Assembly (NCBI GenBank): GCA_050253075.1
Contig: JBFWJS010000003.1
Coordinates: 373,458 to 437,457 of the forward strand
Direction: 5' to 3'
DNA: 64,000 bases
Source: Deferribacterales bacterium
GTDB lineage: Bacteria > Chrysiogenota > Deferribacteres > Deferribacterales > Geovibrionaceae
Shown here: piece by piece, positions 55,567 through 64,000 of the stretch
Layout: every line of letters starts with the position of its first letter
Numbering within the stretch: position 1 is the first letter of the stretch
Program-made: the position numbers and the translations under genes
Notes under the pieces: model-generated
What the model was told of the DNA's origin: nothing
Database searches by the model: none
What the model saw: the letters and a program-made list of their open reading frames with translations, nothing else

Positions 55567-56443
55567 TGATACTCTTTAACCTCGCAAGGAATGTGTACAC
55601 ACATATGAAAGAAGATATTATACCTATGCCTACCAGTACAAAGTAGAAGAACAGGTAAAGGGAATAATGCGGTACAAACAGCAGGAAGTATGAATCCTTC
55701 AGCAGGTAAGATGTCACCAGTGAGACAAAGATATAGTTACCCACACCGGCAAGAATGAATGCCAGCGTGGATTCCAGCAGTGACGAAAACAGATAAGGCA
55801 CAGTCACAAACATCCTCGTAGCCCCGACCAGTGTATATACCATGATCTTTTTCTGAAATCTGTAAAGACTCAGCCTGATGGTGTTGAACATTATCACTGC
55901 TGCGGACAGGCCTGTCAGGGTGGATATGAACACCATAAATATGAAAGATGTACGCTTGACCCTTTTGAGCTTTTCACCCACACGCTTGCCGTATTCCACA
56001 GAGCGCACACCGCCTATCTGTTCGATGTGTCTGGCGGTCTCCAGTATGAGGTCTTCCTCTGCTGCATAGTCTGCAAAGCGCATCTCGACGAACTCGGGGA
56101 AGAGGTCTGTCGGCAGTTTTTCTATATTTTTAGCACCGGGGATGAGGTTTATCACTCTGGTCTTTGCTTCCTGTTTTGAAAAGAATTTGAAGCTGGCGGG
56201 CATCTGCAGTTCGTTCAGACGCTGGAGCATATAGTCCTGCCCTACACCTTCCTCGAGGAAGATGCGGACCGTCTTGATATCTGTCAGCTTGTCTATCGCC
56301 TGAGAGGCAGAGTAGTTTACGGAGAAGACCGCCATGTAGAAGAACAGCAATGTCGAGATAGACAATATAGATATGAAATTGCATCTGATATTTCTGAAGA
56401 AAATATTCAGACCCTTCTTTATAGCAAACTTGAGCCTATCCAT
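55556..56443 (-). CDS. ftsX: cell division permease
   Basis: NTIRLS, LVGAT..FV..PY; overlaps the ftsE stop. Confidence 0.85.
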   Translation of the reverse strand: MDRLKFAIKKGLNIFFRNIRCNFISILSISTLLFFYMAVFSVNYSASQAIDKLTDIKTVRIFLEEGVGQDYMLQRLNELQMPASFKFFSKQEAKTRVINLIPGAKNIEKLPTDLFPEFVEMRFADYAAEEDLILETARHIEQIGGVRSVEYGKRVGEKLKRVKRTSFIFMVFISTLTGLSAAVIMFNTIRLSLYRFQKKIMVYTLVGATRMFVTVPYLFSSLLESTLAFILAGVGNYIFVSLVTSYLLKDSYFLLFVPHYSLYLFFYFVLVGIGIISSFICVYTFLARLKSINEI

Positions 56444-57122
56444 GTATGGATTTCCTCCCGCCTGCACTGTCGTAGTCTATCTTTCCGTGGGTCAGGTGTA
56501 TTATGCGCCCCGGATATTCTTTTATTATACGCTGGTCGTGGGTAGCGATGAATGTCGTCGTGCCTTTTTTGGTCTTGTTCAGGATGATGTCCATTACAAG
56601 GTCGGCGTTTTTAGAGTCGAGACTGCCCGTCGGTTCATCTGCCAACAGGAGCATGGGCTCGTTCACCAGTGCACGTGCCAGTGCCACACGCTGTTTCTCC
56701 CCGCCGGAGAGCTTCTGCACTCTGGAATCCCTCAGCTGAAAGATGTCGAGAGCACGGAGCAGTTCGTATATGCGCTCCTGTATCAGAGAGGAGGAGAGAT
56801 AGAATATTTCAAGAGGGAGCATGACATTTTCGTAAACTGTCATATCCTCTAAAAGTTTGAAATCCTGAAAGATGATGCCGATATCTCTGCGGAGGTATGC
56901 GACACTTTTATGTTTAAGATGGCTGATATTTTTATTTTCGAGTTTCACTACGCCTCTGGATGGAGCAAGGTCTGCGTATAACAGTCTGAGCAGGCTCGTC
57001 TTACCCGCACCGCTGTTCCCCGTTATGTAGATCAGCTCGCCCTGTTCGACGTGAAGATCGACAGCTTTCAGACCCTGATTGCCGTCTTCATATGTGACAT
57101 CTACTTTATGCAATTCAACCAT
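56436..57122 (-). CDS. ftsE: cell division ATP-binding protein
   Basis: GNSGAGKT, LRRDIG.IFQDFKLL, LSGGE, ADEPTG. Confidence 0.93.
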   Translation of the reverse strand: MVELHKVDVTYEDGNQGLKAVDLHVEQGELIYITGNSGAGKTSLLRLLYADLAPSRGVVKLENKNISHLKHKSVAYLRRDIGIIFQDFKLLEDMTVYENVMLPLEIFYLSSSLIQERIYELLRALDIFQLRDSRVQKLSGGEKQRVALARALVNEPMLLLADEPTGSLDSKNADLVMDIILNKTKKGTTTFIATHDQRIIKEYPGRIIHLTHGKIDYDSAGGRKSIHG

Positions 57123-57129
57123 TTAGAAA

Positions 57130-58035
57130 TCATACCCCTGACAAAAATAAATACCATAAAGGAAGAGTGATAAGCGATAGCGGAATGCCGACCCCCATCA
57201 TCATGGTGGCTAGCTTGCTGTCGAGGTTATACTGTATGGCGACGATTCCCCCGGTGATCATTGGGCCCATAGCGGCCTCAAATATCGTAACGCTGATCTC
57301 TTTCCCTGATCCGTTTAATAATATTACATAAATCATATAAACGAAAGACGGAATAAGCAAAAGTTTAAATAAAAGTCCGCTGAAGAGCTTTATCAGCATC
57401 CTGTCGCCCATCATAAAGCGGAGCTGATATCCCACGGATACCATCGCCAGAGGGGTGATTGTCGCGCCGAGCCCTTTCATTGCGCCGATGCTCCATTCGG
57501 GCAGAGGCATAAAGCGGAACATAAGCCCGAGTATCACAGCCTGCATAGGCGGGAACATCAGCACCTTTTTCAGCAGTCCGAGTACGGAGACACTGCCTGA
57601 TGAGTGTGTGCTGGCTATCAGTATGCCCAGTGTGGATAATACGAGGAAGCTGCCGGGCTGGTCGCAGAGGACTCCTATGCCGATGTATTCCGCACCGTAA
57701 AAGGCGGTTATCATAGGGAATCCCACAAAGGATGTATTCCCCAGACCCGCTGTGAGTATCAGTGCGCCCGTCGTAGCCTGTGATAAGTTCATAATGCGCT
57801 GAAGCACCTTAAAAAAGACGATGGCAGTTATGAAGCTGATCCACGGCATCAGCACAGGGTAAAGCAGCTTTGAGCTGAACTGCATCTCATGCATAAACAT
57901 GAAAGCAACGGCCGGCAGAGACAGATTGATGATGAATCCGTTTAAAACGAGAGGTGTCTGGTCGGGGAGTTTTTCAAACTTCCTCGCGAGGAAACCTGCC
58001 GCAAAACAAACGAGTAGTAGTACAAGATTATCCAT
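57130..58035 (-). CDS. AEC family transporter
   Basis: GNTSFVGFP, PLAM.S.G, E.AMGP; polytopic. Confidence 0.88.
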   Translation of the reverse strand: MDNLVLLLVCFAAGFLARKFEKLPDQTPLVLNGFIINLSLPAVAFMFMHEMQFSSKLLYPVLMPWISFITAIVFFKVLQRIMNLSQATTGALILTAGLGNTSFVGFPMITAFYGAEYIGIGVLCDQPGSFLVLSTLGILIASTHSSGSVSVLGLLKKVLMFPPMQAVILGLMFRFMPLPEWSIGAMKGLGATITPLAMVSVGYQLRFMMGDRMLIKLFSGLLFKLLLIPSFVYMIYVILLNGSGKEISVTIFEAAMGPMITGGIVAIQYNLDSKLATMMMGVGIPLSLITLPLWYLFLSGV

Positions 58036-58090
58036 TTGTCATGCTATCACAGATGTCATAATAATGTAAGGGATAAAAGATGGCTGAAAC

Positions 58091-58654
58091 CTAAGATTCA
58101 AGCCCGTTGAGGATCATTTTTATAGTGGGGAGCATATCGCCCTGAAAGTTGCTGCTCTGGTGTCCGCCTTTTTCAAATGTGTATGTTCTGCATCCGTACT
58201 TTTCAGCCTTATCCACGACTTTATAAGCGTCGATGACCTCATCGTCGAGGTTCATTATGATGCTGATGTTTTCCGCAGGCTTTGACTTCGGCTCGGATTT
58301 TATAGCCTTCAGGTGAGACTTGTTTACGAAGGAGAGCTCCCTCGGGTATTCTTTTATCAGTGTGTCTATGCGCTCATCCAGAAAGAGTGAGGGGTTAACC
58401 GATATGGACGGCTTGCCTGTGGCGAGAGCGAGATAAAAAGCGAAAAAACCGCCGAAGGAAGAGCCGAACAGCAGGTCGAAATTTGAGACGTATTGTATGA
58501 TGCTGGACGGGTGAAACTGCTTATAGTCGAAAACTGTGCAGTCGGCAAGCTCCATAAGGTGAACCAGCTTACAGCTTTTGGAAAGGTCGAACTGTTTGTC
58601 TACGATGGATGCCAGCCCAGGCATATACAATATTTTCATGAAGCATTTTAGCAT
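58091..58654 (-). CDS. YqiA/YcfP-like alpha/beta hydrolase
   Basis: GSSFGG, NP, DEVID, GGH. Confidence 0.8.
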   Translation of the reverse strand: MLKCFMKILYMPGLASIVDKQFDLSKSCKLVHLMELADCTVFDYKQFHPSSIIQYVSNFDLLFGSSFGGFFAFYLALATGKPSISVNPSLFLDERIDTLIKEYPRELSFVNKSHLKAIKSEPKSKPAENISIIMNLDDEVIDAYKVVDKAEKYGCRTYTFEKGGHQSSNFQGDMLPTIKMILNGLES

Positions 58655-58734
58655 TATTGTAATGATTTATACAATATTTTATTTAATACTGGTTTTTCAT
58701 CGATGGTGCATTATACTTAAACAGAGGTGAAAGC

Positions 58735-59694
58735 ATGAATGAAGGTCTTAATAGATTAAAGAATTTTCCCATAACACTTTTTGCGACCATAATGGGTCTG
58801 GCGGGGCTCGGAATAGCCTTTGAAAGGTTTGATCATCTCACTGGGAGCCATCTTTATGCAGGAAAATACATAATTTACGCCACTTTTGCTTGGTTTTGCT
58901 TCGTTTCATCTGTTTACCTGCTTAAGTTTGTGCGGTATCCGTCTGAGATTATTGGGGAATTCAAGCATCCCGTGCGGATAAATTTCTTCCCCGCTATTTC
59001 CATATCCATGCTGCTCCTTTCGGCTGGGCTATACGGATACATGCCGAATGTTGCCATCGTGCTGTGCTATCTGGGTGCGGCTCTTCAGATAGTTTTCACC
59101 TATGCGATTATATACATCTGGTTTTATAAGGATATAAAGCTGCAAACGATGAACCCTTCGTGGTTTATCCCTGTGGTGGGCACTATAGTCGTTCCCGTGG
59201 CAGGGAAAGGCATCCTGCCAGATGATGTGCTTTGGTTCTTTTTCAGCATCGGCATCATCCTATGGCCGATACTTTATACCCTGCTGAAATACAGGCTGAT
59301 ATTCCACGAACCTCTGCCGATGAAGCTGCTCCCGACAAAGTTTATATTCATAGCTCCGCCTGCGGTGGCTTTCATCGCTTATTTCAAGCTGACAGGCTCG
59401 CTCGATCCTTTCAGCAGGATATTATATTTCTTTGCACTGTTTATCACTCTGATGCTCTTTACGATGTTCCGACGCTTTTACAGTGTGCCGTATTTCGTCT
59501 CATGGTGGGCGTACACATTCCCTATGGATGCAATAGCTATCGCCACCAGCATCATGTATAAGCTGACGGGGAATATCTTTTATAAATATCTGGCGGGGTT
59601 CTTCCTGATAGTTGCCGTGCTGGTCGTGGCGCATGTTCTTTTCTACAGCATTGTGAATGCTCTGCGTGGAAAGATATGCGTGCCCGAGGGCTAG
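58735..59694 (+). CDS. SLAC1/TehA (TDT) family anion channel
   Basis: F..IMGL.GL, HPVR.NFF, PSWFIP.VG, IAPPAV, SWWAYTFP. Confidence 0.92.
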   Translation: MNEGLNRLKNFPITLFATIMGLAGLGIAFERFDHLTGSHLYAGKYIIYATFAWFCFVSSVYLLKFVRYPSEIIGEFKHPVRINFFPAISISMLLLSAGLYGYMPNVAIVLCYLGAALQIVFTYAIIYIWFYKDIKLQTMNPSWFIPVVGTIVVPVAGKGILPDDVLWFFFSIGIILWPILYTLLKYRLIFHEPLPMKLLPTKFIFIAPPAVAFIAYFKLTGSLDPFSRILYFFALFITLMLFTMFRRFYSVPYFVSWWAYTFPMDAIAIATSIMYKLTGNIFYKYLAGFFLIVAVLVVAHVLFYSIVNALRGKICVPEG

Positions 59695-60293
59695 GGTCTA
59701 TACATCTTCAGCTTTCGGACGAATGACTGCATGTTTGATGTTATCCACATGATGAACGGTACAAGCAGACACGCTGTATCCCTCAGCAGAGTATAGGTCT
59801 GTTCTGTCGGCTTACCATACTCGGCAAACTTTTCAACTTTTACGGGTGTCATGCTCACTGCTATGGGGAAAATGCGGAAAACTATCGCCGCAGCAGGTCC
59901 GAGCAGGAATGTGTAAAGTATTACGGGCATAGCATAATTAAGGTAATTTTCAAGAGTCGAACGGCTCTTTTCGTATGTTGAAAACCTAGCCGTGATGCTG
60001 AAGTATATCATGGCGGAAGAGAGCGCAAAGTACCACACTCCCCCTGCATTATCCGTGAAATAGAGCAGAAGCGACGCAATACCGAAGACAGCGAGCACAG
60101 TGAGTATAAGGGAGATGAGCCCTTCTTTATACGTACCGTATCTGAAAACGGACTTCTCCGTATAGCTGACAAGGCTGCCTATCATCCTGTCCGGATGAAG
60201 GTAGAAATCTATCCCGCCGAAGTACCAGCTAAGGGATACGGCAAAGCCCAGAGACAGCATATTCAGATAGACAAGCTCTCCTGCAAACAACAT
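59691..60293 (-). CDS. short, divergent CobD/CbiB-like membrane protein
   Basis: HP...IG.L....E, EN, LGP, SM, YG; ATG 60293 after GAGGT. Confidence 0.55.
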   Translation of the reverse strand: MLFAGELVYLNMLSLGFAVSLSWYFGGIDFYLHPDRMIGSLVSYTEKSVFRYGTYKEGLISLILTVLAVFGIASLLLYFTDNAGGVWYFALSSAMIYFSITARFSTYEKSRSTLENYLNYAMPVILYTFLLGPAAAIVFRIFPIAVSMTPVKVEKFAEYGKPTEQTYTLLRDTACLLVPFIMWITSNMQSFVRKLKMYRP

Positions 60294-60366
60294 AAATACC
60301 TCGCAAATATGACCTGTTACTGATACTATGATATATGAAATCCACAAATATCTCAAACAAAGGCTT

Positions 60367-61503
60367 ATGTATATGAAAGAATTTTTTCCGTTTTTGACAT
60401 TTCTGGCGGGGACGCTTTTGGGCTTTGTCCTTGCCTTTATCATGAATAAAAGAGCGCAGAAAGACCACGACAGGGAGATAGCAAACATCACCGAAGGGAT
60501 GAAGGGCGCTTTCGCCGAGATATCCCTCGACAGACTGTCGAAGGACTCGCAGGATTTCTTTAAGACCGCAGACGGGATACTCGACACTAAAGGGAAAGAG
60601 ACCGAAAAAGAGCTCGAGGGCAAAAAGGCTCTGATAGACGCACAGCTCCTGAATATGAGCCGTGAGCTGGAGCGTGTGCACACCCTTATGACAGGGATGG
60701 AAAAGGAGCGTGAGGCAAGGTTCGCCGAGATAGCCGAACAGATAAAAAACACCGCATCTCAGACTGAAAAGCTGACGGATGTGACAGTCGTTCTGAACAG
60801 GGCTCTTTCATCCACGGCGGAAAGAGGACGATGGGGCGAGCGTATGGCTCTGGATATCATCCGTGCCACAGGCATGAAGGAAAATATCAACTACGACATA
60901 CAAAAGACCCTCGCAAACGGTAAAAGACCCGATTTCACATTTTATCTGCCGAAGGGGTTCTGTGTTAATATGGACGTGAAATTTCCTCTGGACAGCTATC
61001 TGAAATATCTGGAAACCGAAGGGATGGAGAAAGACAACCACCTGAAAAACTTCCTGAAAGACGTGAAGACCAAGATACGTGAAGTGAAGGACAGGGGATA
61101 TATAGATACGGAGGAACATACTCTGGATGTGATGCTTATGTTCATCCCGAACGAGAGCGTTTACGAATTTATCCACGAGAAAGATCCGAATATGCTTGAC
61201 GTGGCACTTGGCAACGGCGTGATACTTACGTCGCCTATGTCGCTCTTCGCCGTGCTCGCCGTTATCAGGCAGTCGGTGGAAAACTTTGCCTTTGAGAGCA
61301 CATCGGGCGAGATGCTTCAGCTCTTCGGTAAGTTTTATAAACAGTGGGACATGTTCACCACGAAGCTGGAAATGATAGGTAAGAGGCTGGACGATGCACA
61401 AAAGGCTTACGACGAGCTCATAACCACACGAAGGAATCAGCTCGAACGTCCGCTGGAAAAGATAGAGACCCTGCGCAAAGAGAAGGGGATAGAGATAGAA
61501 TAA
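60367..61503 (+). CDS. rmuC: DNA recombination protein RmuC
   Basis: RGRWGE, RPD, DVKFPL, MFIPNES, SP.SL; start uncertain. Confidence 0.92.
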   Translation: MYMKEFFPFLTFLAGTLLGFVLAFIMNKRAQKDHDREIANITEGMKGAFAEISLDRLSKDSQDFFKTADGILDTKGKETEKELEGKKALIDAQLLNMSRELERVHTLMTGMEKEREARFAEIAEQIKNTASQTEKLTDVTVVLNRALSSTAERGRWGERMALDIIRATGMKENINYDIQKTLANGKRPDFTFYLPKGFCVNMDVKFPLDSYLKYLETEGMEKDNHLKNFLKDVKTKIREVKDRGYIDTEEHTLDVMLMFIPNESVYEFIHEKDPNMLDVALGNGVILTSPMSLFAVLAVIRQSVENFAFESTSGEMLQLFGKFYKQWDMFTTKLEMIGKRLDDAQKAYDELITTRRNQLERPLEKIETLRKEKGIEIE

Positions 61504-61514
61504 AAGTAAAGGGC

Positions 61515-61732
61515 ACGCTCAGGTCAAGGGACTTAAAAGACGTGTTGAAATTTTGACGCATAATAATAAAATCCCCGTTGTTTATAGTAACATCGGGGAT
61601 TTTTTGTTTCAGGAGAATTCTTTCGTCATCCTGAGGCTTTAGCCGAAGGATCTGAACACGCGGGTTCGCTAATGGTATCAGATTCTTCGCCTCGCTCAGA
61701 ATGACGTAGTTTAAGAGGCTTAACGCTCAGGT
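61515..61732. mobile_element. MITE-like insertion with 10-bp target-site duplication
   Basis: ACGCTCAGGT at 61515-61524 and 61723-61732; imperfect inverted ends; empty site reforms a terminator. Confidence 0.6.
61624..61706. repeat. REP-like palindromic element
   Basis: CGTCATCCTGAGGCTTTAGCCGAAGGATCT...AGATTCTTCGCCTCGCTCAGAATGACG. Confidence 0.8.
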
Positions 61733-61740
61733 GCCCTTTT

Positions 61741-63147
61741 TTATTTAACGAGATATTGCCCCATCATACCGCTTTCTTCGTGTTCCAGTATGTGGCAGTG
61801 GTACATGTACAGACCTTTATGCTGAAATCCCGCAAGCAGCTGAACGTGCTCTCCGTCGGGGAGGGCGACAGTGTCTTTCCACCCGCTTTCTTCCGGGGCA
61901 GGCGGGTTGCCGTTCCTCGAGATTATTTTAAACAGTGTACCGTGTGCGTGGAAGTTGTGTATTACACCTTCTCCCGATCCGCACATCATGCCCATCCTGC
62001 TTGTCACGTCCCATACTTCTGTCGTGCCGAATTTGACATATTCGTCGATGCGTTTCATGTCCATCTGTTTATTGTTTATGGTTACCATACGCCCCATGCC
62101 TGACATTGCGAAAGACCTTGTCCCTGACACAGACGCAGTGTCCTGTGCTTCTGCTTTGATCAGCTTTTCTGGAAGGCCTTTCGAACCCTTAGTAGATGTC
62201 ACTCGCAGCTTCATGAAGTCGTATCCTGTGCTGGAGAGATAGATTTCTTCACCTGCTTTATACCTGCTGAAGTCGGCTAAAATCTCATACCTTTCCCCAG
62301 GGGATATCCTTATGACATCCTTTCTGACCGGAGCGGGGAGGAATCCGCCGTCCGAAGCGATAACGTGAAAAGGTGTGTTGTCAGAGAGCTGAATGTAGTA
62401 TGTTCGGGCATTTGAGCCGTTCAGGAGTCTTAGTCTTATGATGCCCGACGGCACTTCAAGGGTTGGTTCGAGAACACCGTTCACGATCACCTTGTTACCC
62501 ATCATGCCGTAAATTATGTCTCTCATGGAGGATAAATAGACAACCTCACCCTCAGGTGTGAAAAGCCTGTCCTGTATAACGAGTGGTATGTCGTTTACGC
62601 CGTATTCATCTGGTATGTCCAGCTTTGTGGAAATATAGTCGTCTATAAGGAATAATCCGCCCAGACCCTTATAAACCTGCGATGCCGTGTTGCCGTGTCC
62701 GTGCGGGTGATACCATGCTGTTGCTGCATTTTGTTCTATTGTGAAAGATGCGTTCCATGTGGCTCCCGGGTTTATCTGCTGGTGTGGTCCGCCGTCTGCT
62801 TCACCGGGGACAAGCAGCCCGTGCCAGTGCGCCGCTGTATGTTCTTTAAGGTTGTTTGTCACGTCTATGGAGACTTTCTCGCCTTTTTTTACTCTGATGG
62901 TCTTGCCGAGCAGGTTTCCGTTATAGCCCATAGTGTCTATTGCCGTGCCTTTCATAAATGTCGTCTTCCCCTCCTGTACGGAGATAGAGAAGTTTGAAAC
63001 GCCGTCTTTAACATTCTTTTCCAGTAGAGGCGGAACAGCCAGCATATTTTCTTTTGATTCTGTTGAGGCAAATGTCTTTTTGGTTATTAATGATGGAATT
63101 GCCGCCGCAGCGACAGCACCCTTAATGAAATTTCTTCTGTTTATCAT
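61741..63147 (-). CDS. Tat-exported multicopper oxidase (CueO-like)
   Basis: NRRNFIK; HWHG, WYHPH, HNFHAHG, HCHILEHEESGMM. Confidence 0.92.
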   Translation of the reverse strand: MINRRNFIKGAVAAAAIPSLITKKTFASTESKENMLAVPPLLEKNVKDGVSNFSISVQEGKTTFMKGTAIDTMGYNGNLLGKTIRVKKGEKVSIDVTNNLKEHTAAHWHGLLVPGEADGGPHQQINPGATWNASFTIEQNAATAWYHPHGHGNTASQVYKGLGGLFLIDDYISTKLDIPDEYGVNDIPLVIQDRLFTPEGEVVYLSSMRDIIYGMMGNKVIVNGVLEPTLEVPSGIIRLRLLNGSNARTYYIQLSDNTPFHVIASDGGFLPAPVRKDVIRISPGERYEILADFSRYKAGEEIYLSSTGYDFMKLRVTSTKGSKGLPEKLIKAEAQDTASVSGTRSFAMSGMGRMVTINNKQMDMKRIDEYVKFGTTEVWDVTSRMGMMCGSGEGVIHNFHAHGTLFKIISRNGNPPAPEESGWKDTVALPDGEHVQLLAGFQHKGLYMYHCHILEHEESGMMGQYLVK

Positions 63148-63286
63148 TCTTTCCTCCTGAGAGGTTAAAAGCAATCATGATACCAAAAAAATATTATTAT
63201 AAGTTATTGATATATAAGGGACGTGATTTTCAGGTAAAGAATTTTATGCAGGATATTCACACGGACTATAGAATATTCTCCAGTTT

Positions 63287-64000
63287 TTACTGAGAGCTGA
63301 ATTCGTTCAGCAGAGTGATGTAAGCCTCAAAGAGCTTTGTGTGATATTCTGCTCCACGGGTGGTGATGAAGAGAGTACGGCGGAGATCAAGCGGTGTTTT
63401 CACCTCGCAGAGCCATCCGTTTTCCAGCTCTCTCTGCACTGCCATACGGGAAAGGCACCCTATGCCGAGGCCAGCCTCCACAGCTTTTTTGATAGCTTCC
63501 GTATGCCCCAGCTCCATGTTTATGCTGTAAGAGATATCGTTCGCTTTCATTGCTTCTTCAAAAACTTCCCTCGTGCCCGAGCCCTTTTCACGGATTATCC
63601 AGTCCGCTTCCGACAGCATATCCTTTGTGACCTTTTTCCTTTTCGCTAGGGGGTGCTGACACCCTGCTATTACAACGAGCTCGTCACTGCGCCACGGCGA
63701 CACTGTCAGGGATGGATTATGCGAAGGTCCCTCTATGAGCCCGAGGTCGTATTCACCGTGTTCGACGGCTGTTTCCACCTGCTGAGTGTTGCCAACGTAA
63801 AGGAGTGCTTTAGCTTTCGGATATTTCTTTGAAAAGTTCCCCGCTATCTTCGGCAGGAGGTAGTTGCCTATGGTGGTGCTTGCGCCGACAGTCAGCTCAC
63901 CCATTGGTTCGCCTGCAGAATCTGTGAGGAAGAGCTCGATAGCCTCTGCACGTTTTAATACGTCGCTCACCTGTGAGAGTACCATCCGCCCTCTGTCGTT
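63287..64000 (-). CDS. LysR family regulator (CysL/YeiE-like), N-terminus outside window
   Basis: GASTTIGNY.LP, REKGSGTR, TEAIKKAVEAGLG. Confidence 0.9.
   Translation of the reverse strand, partial: NDRGRMVLSQVSDVLKRAEAIELFLTDSAGEPMGELTVGASTTIGNYLLPKIAGNFSKKYPKAKALLYVGNTQQVETAVEHGEYDLGLIEGPSHNPSLTVSPWRSDELVVIAGCQHPLAKRKKVTKDMLSEADWIIREKGSGTREVFEEAMKANDISYSINMELGHTEAIKKAVEAGLGIGCLSRMAVQRELENGWLCEVKTPLDLRRTLFITTRGAEYHTKLFEAYITLLNEFSSQ

Noticed and set aside
60294..60752. N-terminal extension of the 353-aa minus-strand ORF
   Set aside because: Antisense shadow of rmuC; a better start with RBS lies at 60293

Overview
Bacterial chromosomal window, densely coding. Gene content and style suggest an anaerobic Gram-negative respirer, possibly Deferribacterales-like (inference). 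Housekeeping and metabolic blocks: bioDA/bioF-hydrolase-bioC, yjcH-actP acetate uptake, rpsT, Na+-pumping methylmalonyl-CoA decarboxylase, pabABC, tex, dusB-tsaD-ctpA-envC-ftsXE, rmuC and a multicopper oxidase. The standout is a ~11.6 kb periplasmic sulfur/chalcogen redox island (21139-32751). It encodes a heme-motif-less cytochrome-like protein, FccAB-type flavocytochrome c, a TorD-type chaperone, a DUF3373-type outer-membrane barrel, a PsrA/PhsA/SrrA-clade molybdoenzyme with B and NrfD-type C subunits, and a triple-rhodanese lipoprotein. Its transcription units, and the acetate permease operon, share a TTGTATACAATATACA-like operator. Other unexplained structure: a 111/112-bp tandem repeat of GGA-loop hairpins (possible CsrA sponge), two sigma54-driven acidic orphan proteins sharing a 28-aa module, a dispersed REP-like palindrome family, and a MITE-like insert with a 10-bp target duplication splitting a terminator. 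No rRNA, tRNA, CRISPR array or intact transposase was recognised. All family assignments come from motif recognition by eye, not database searches.
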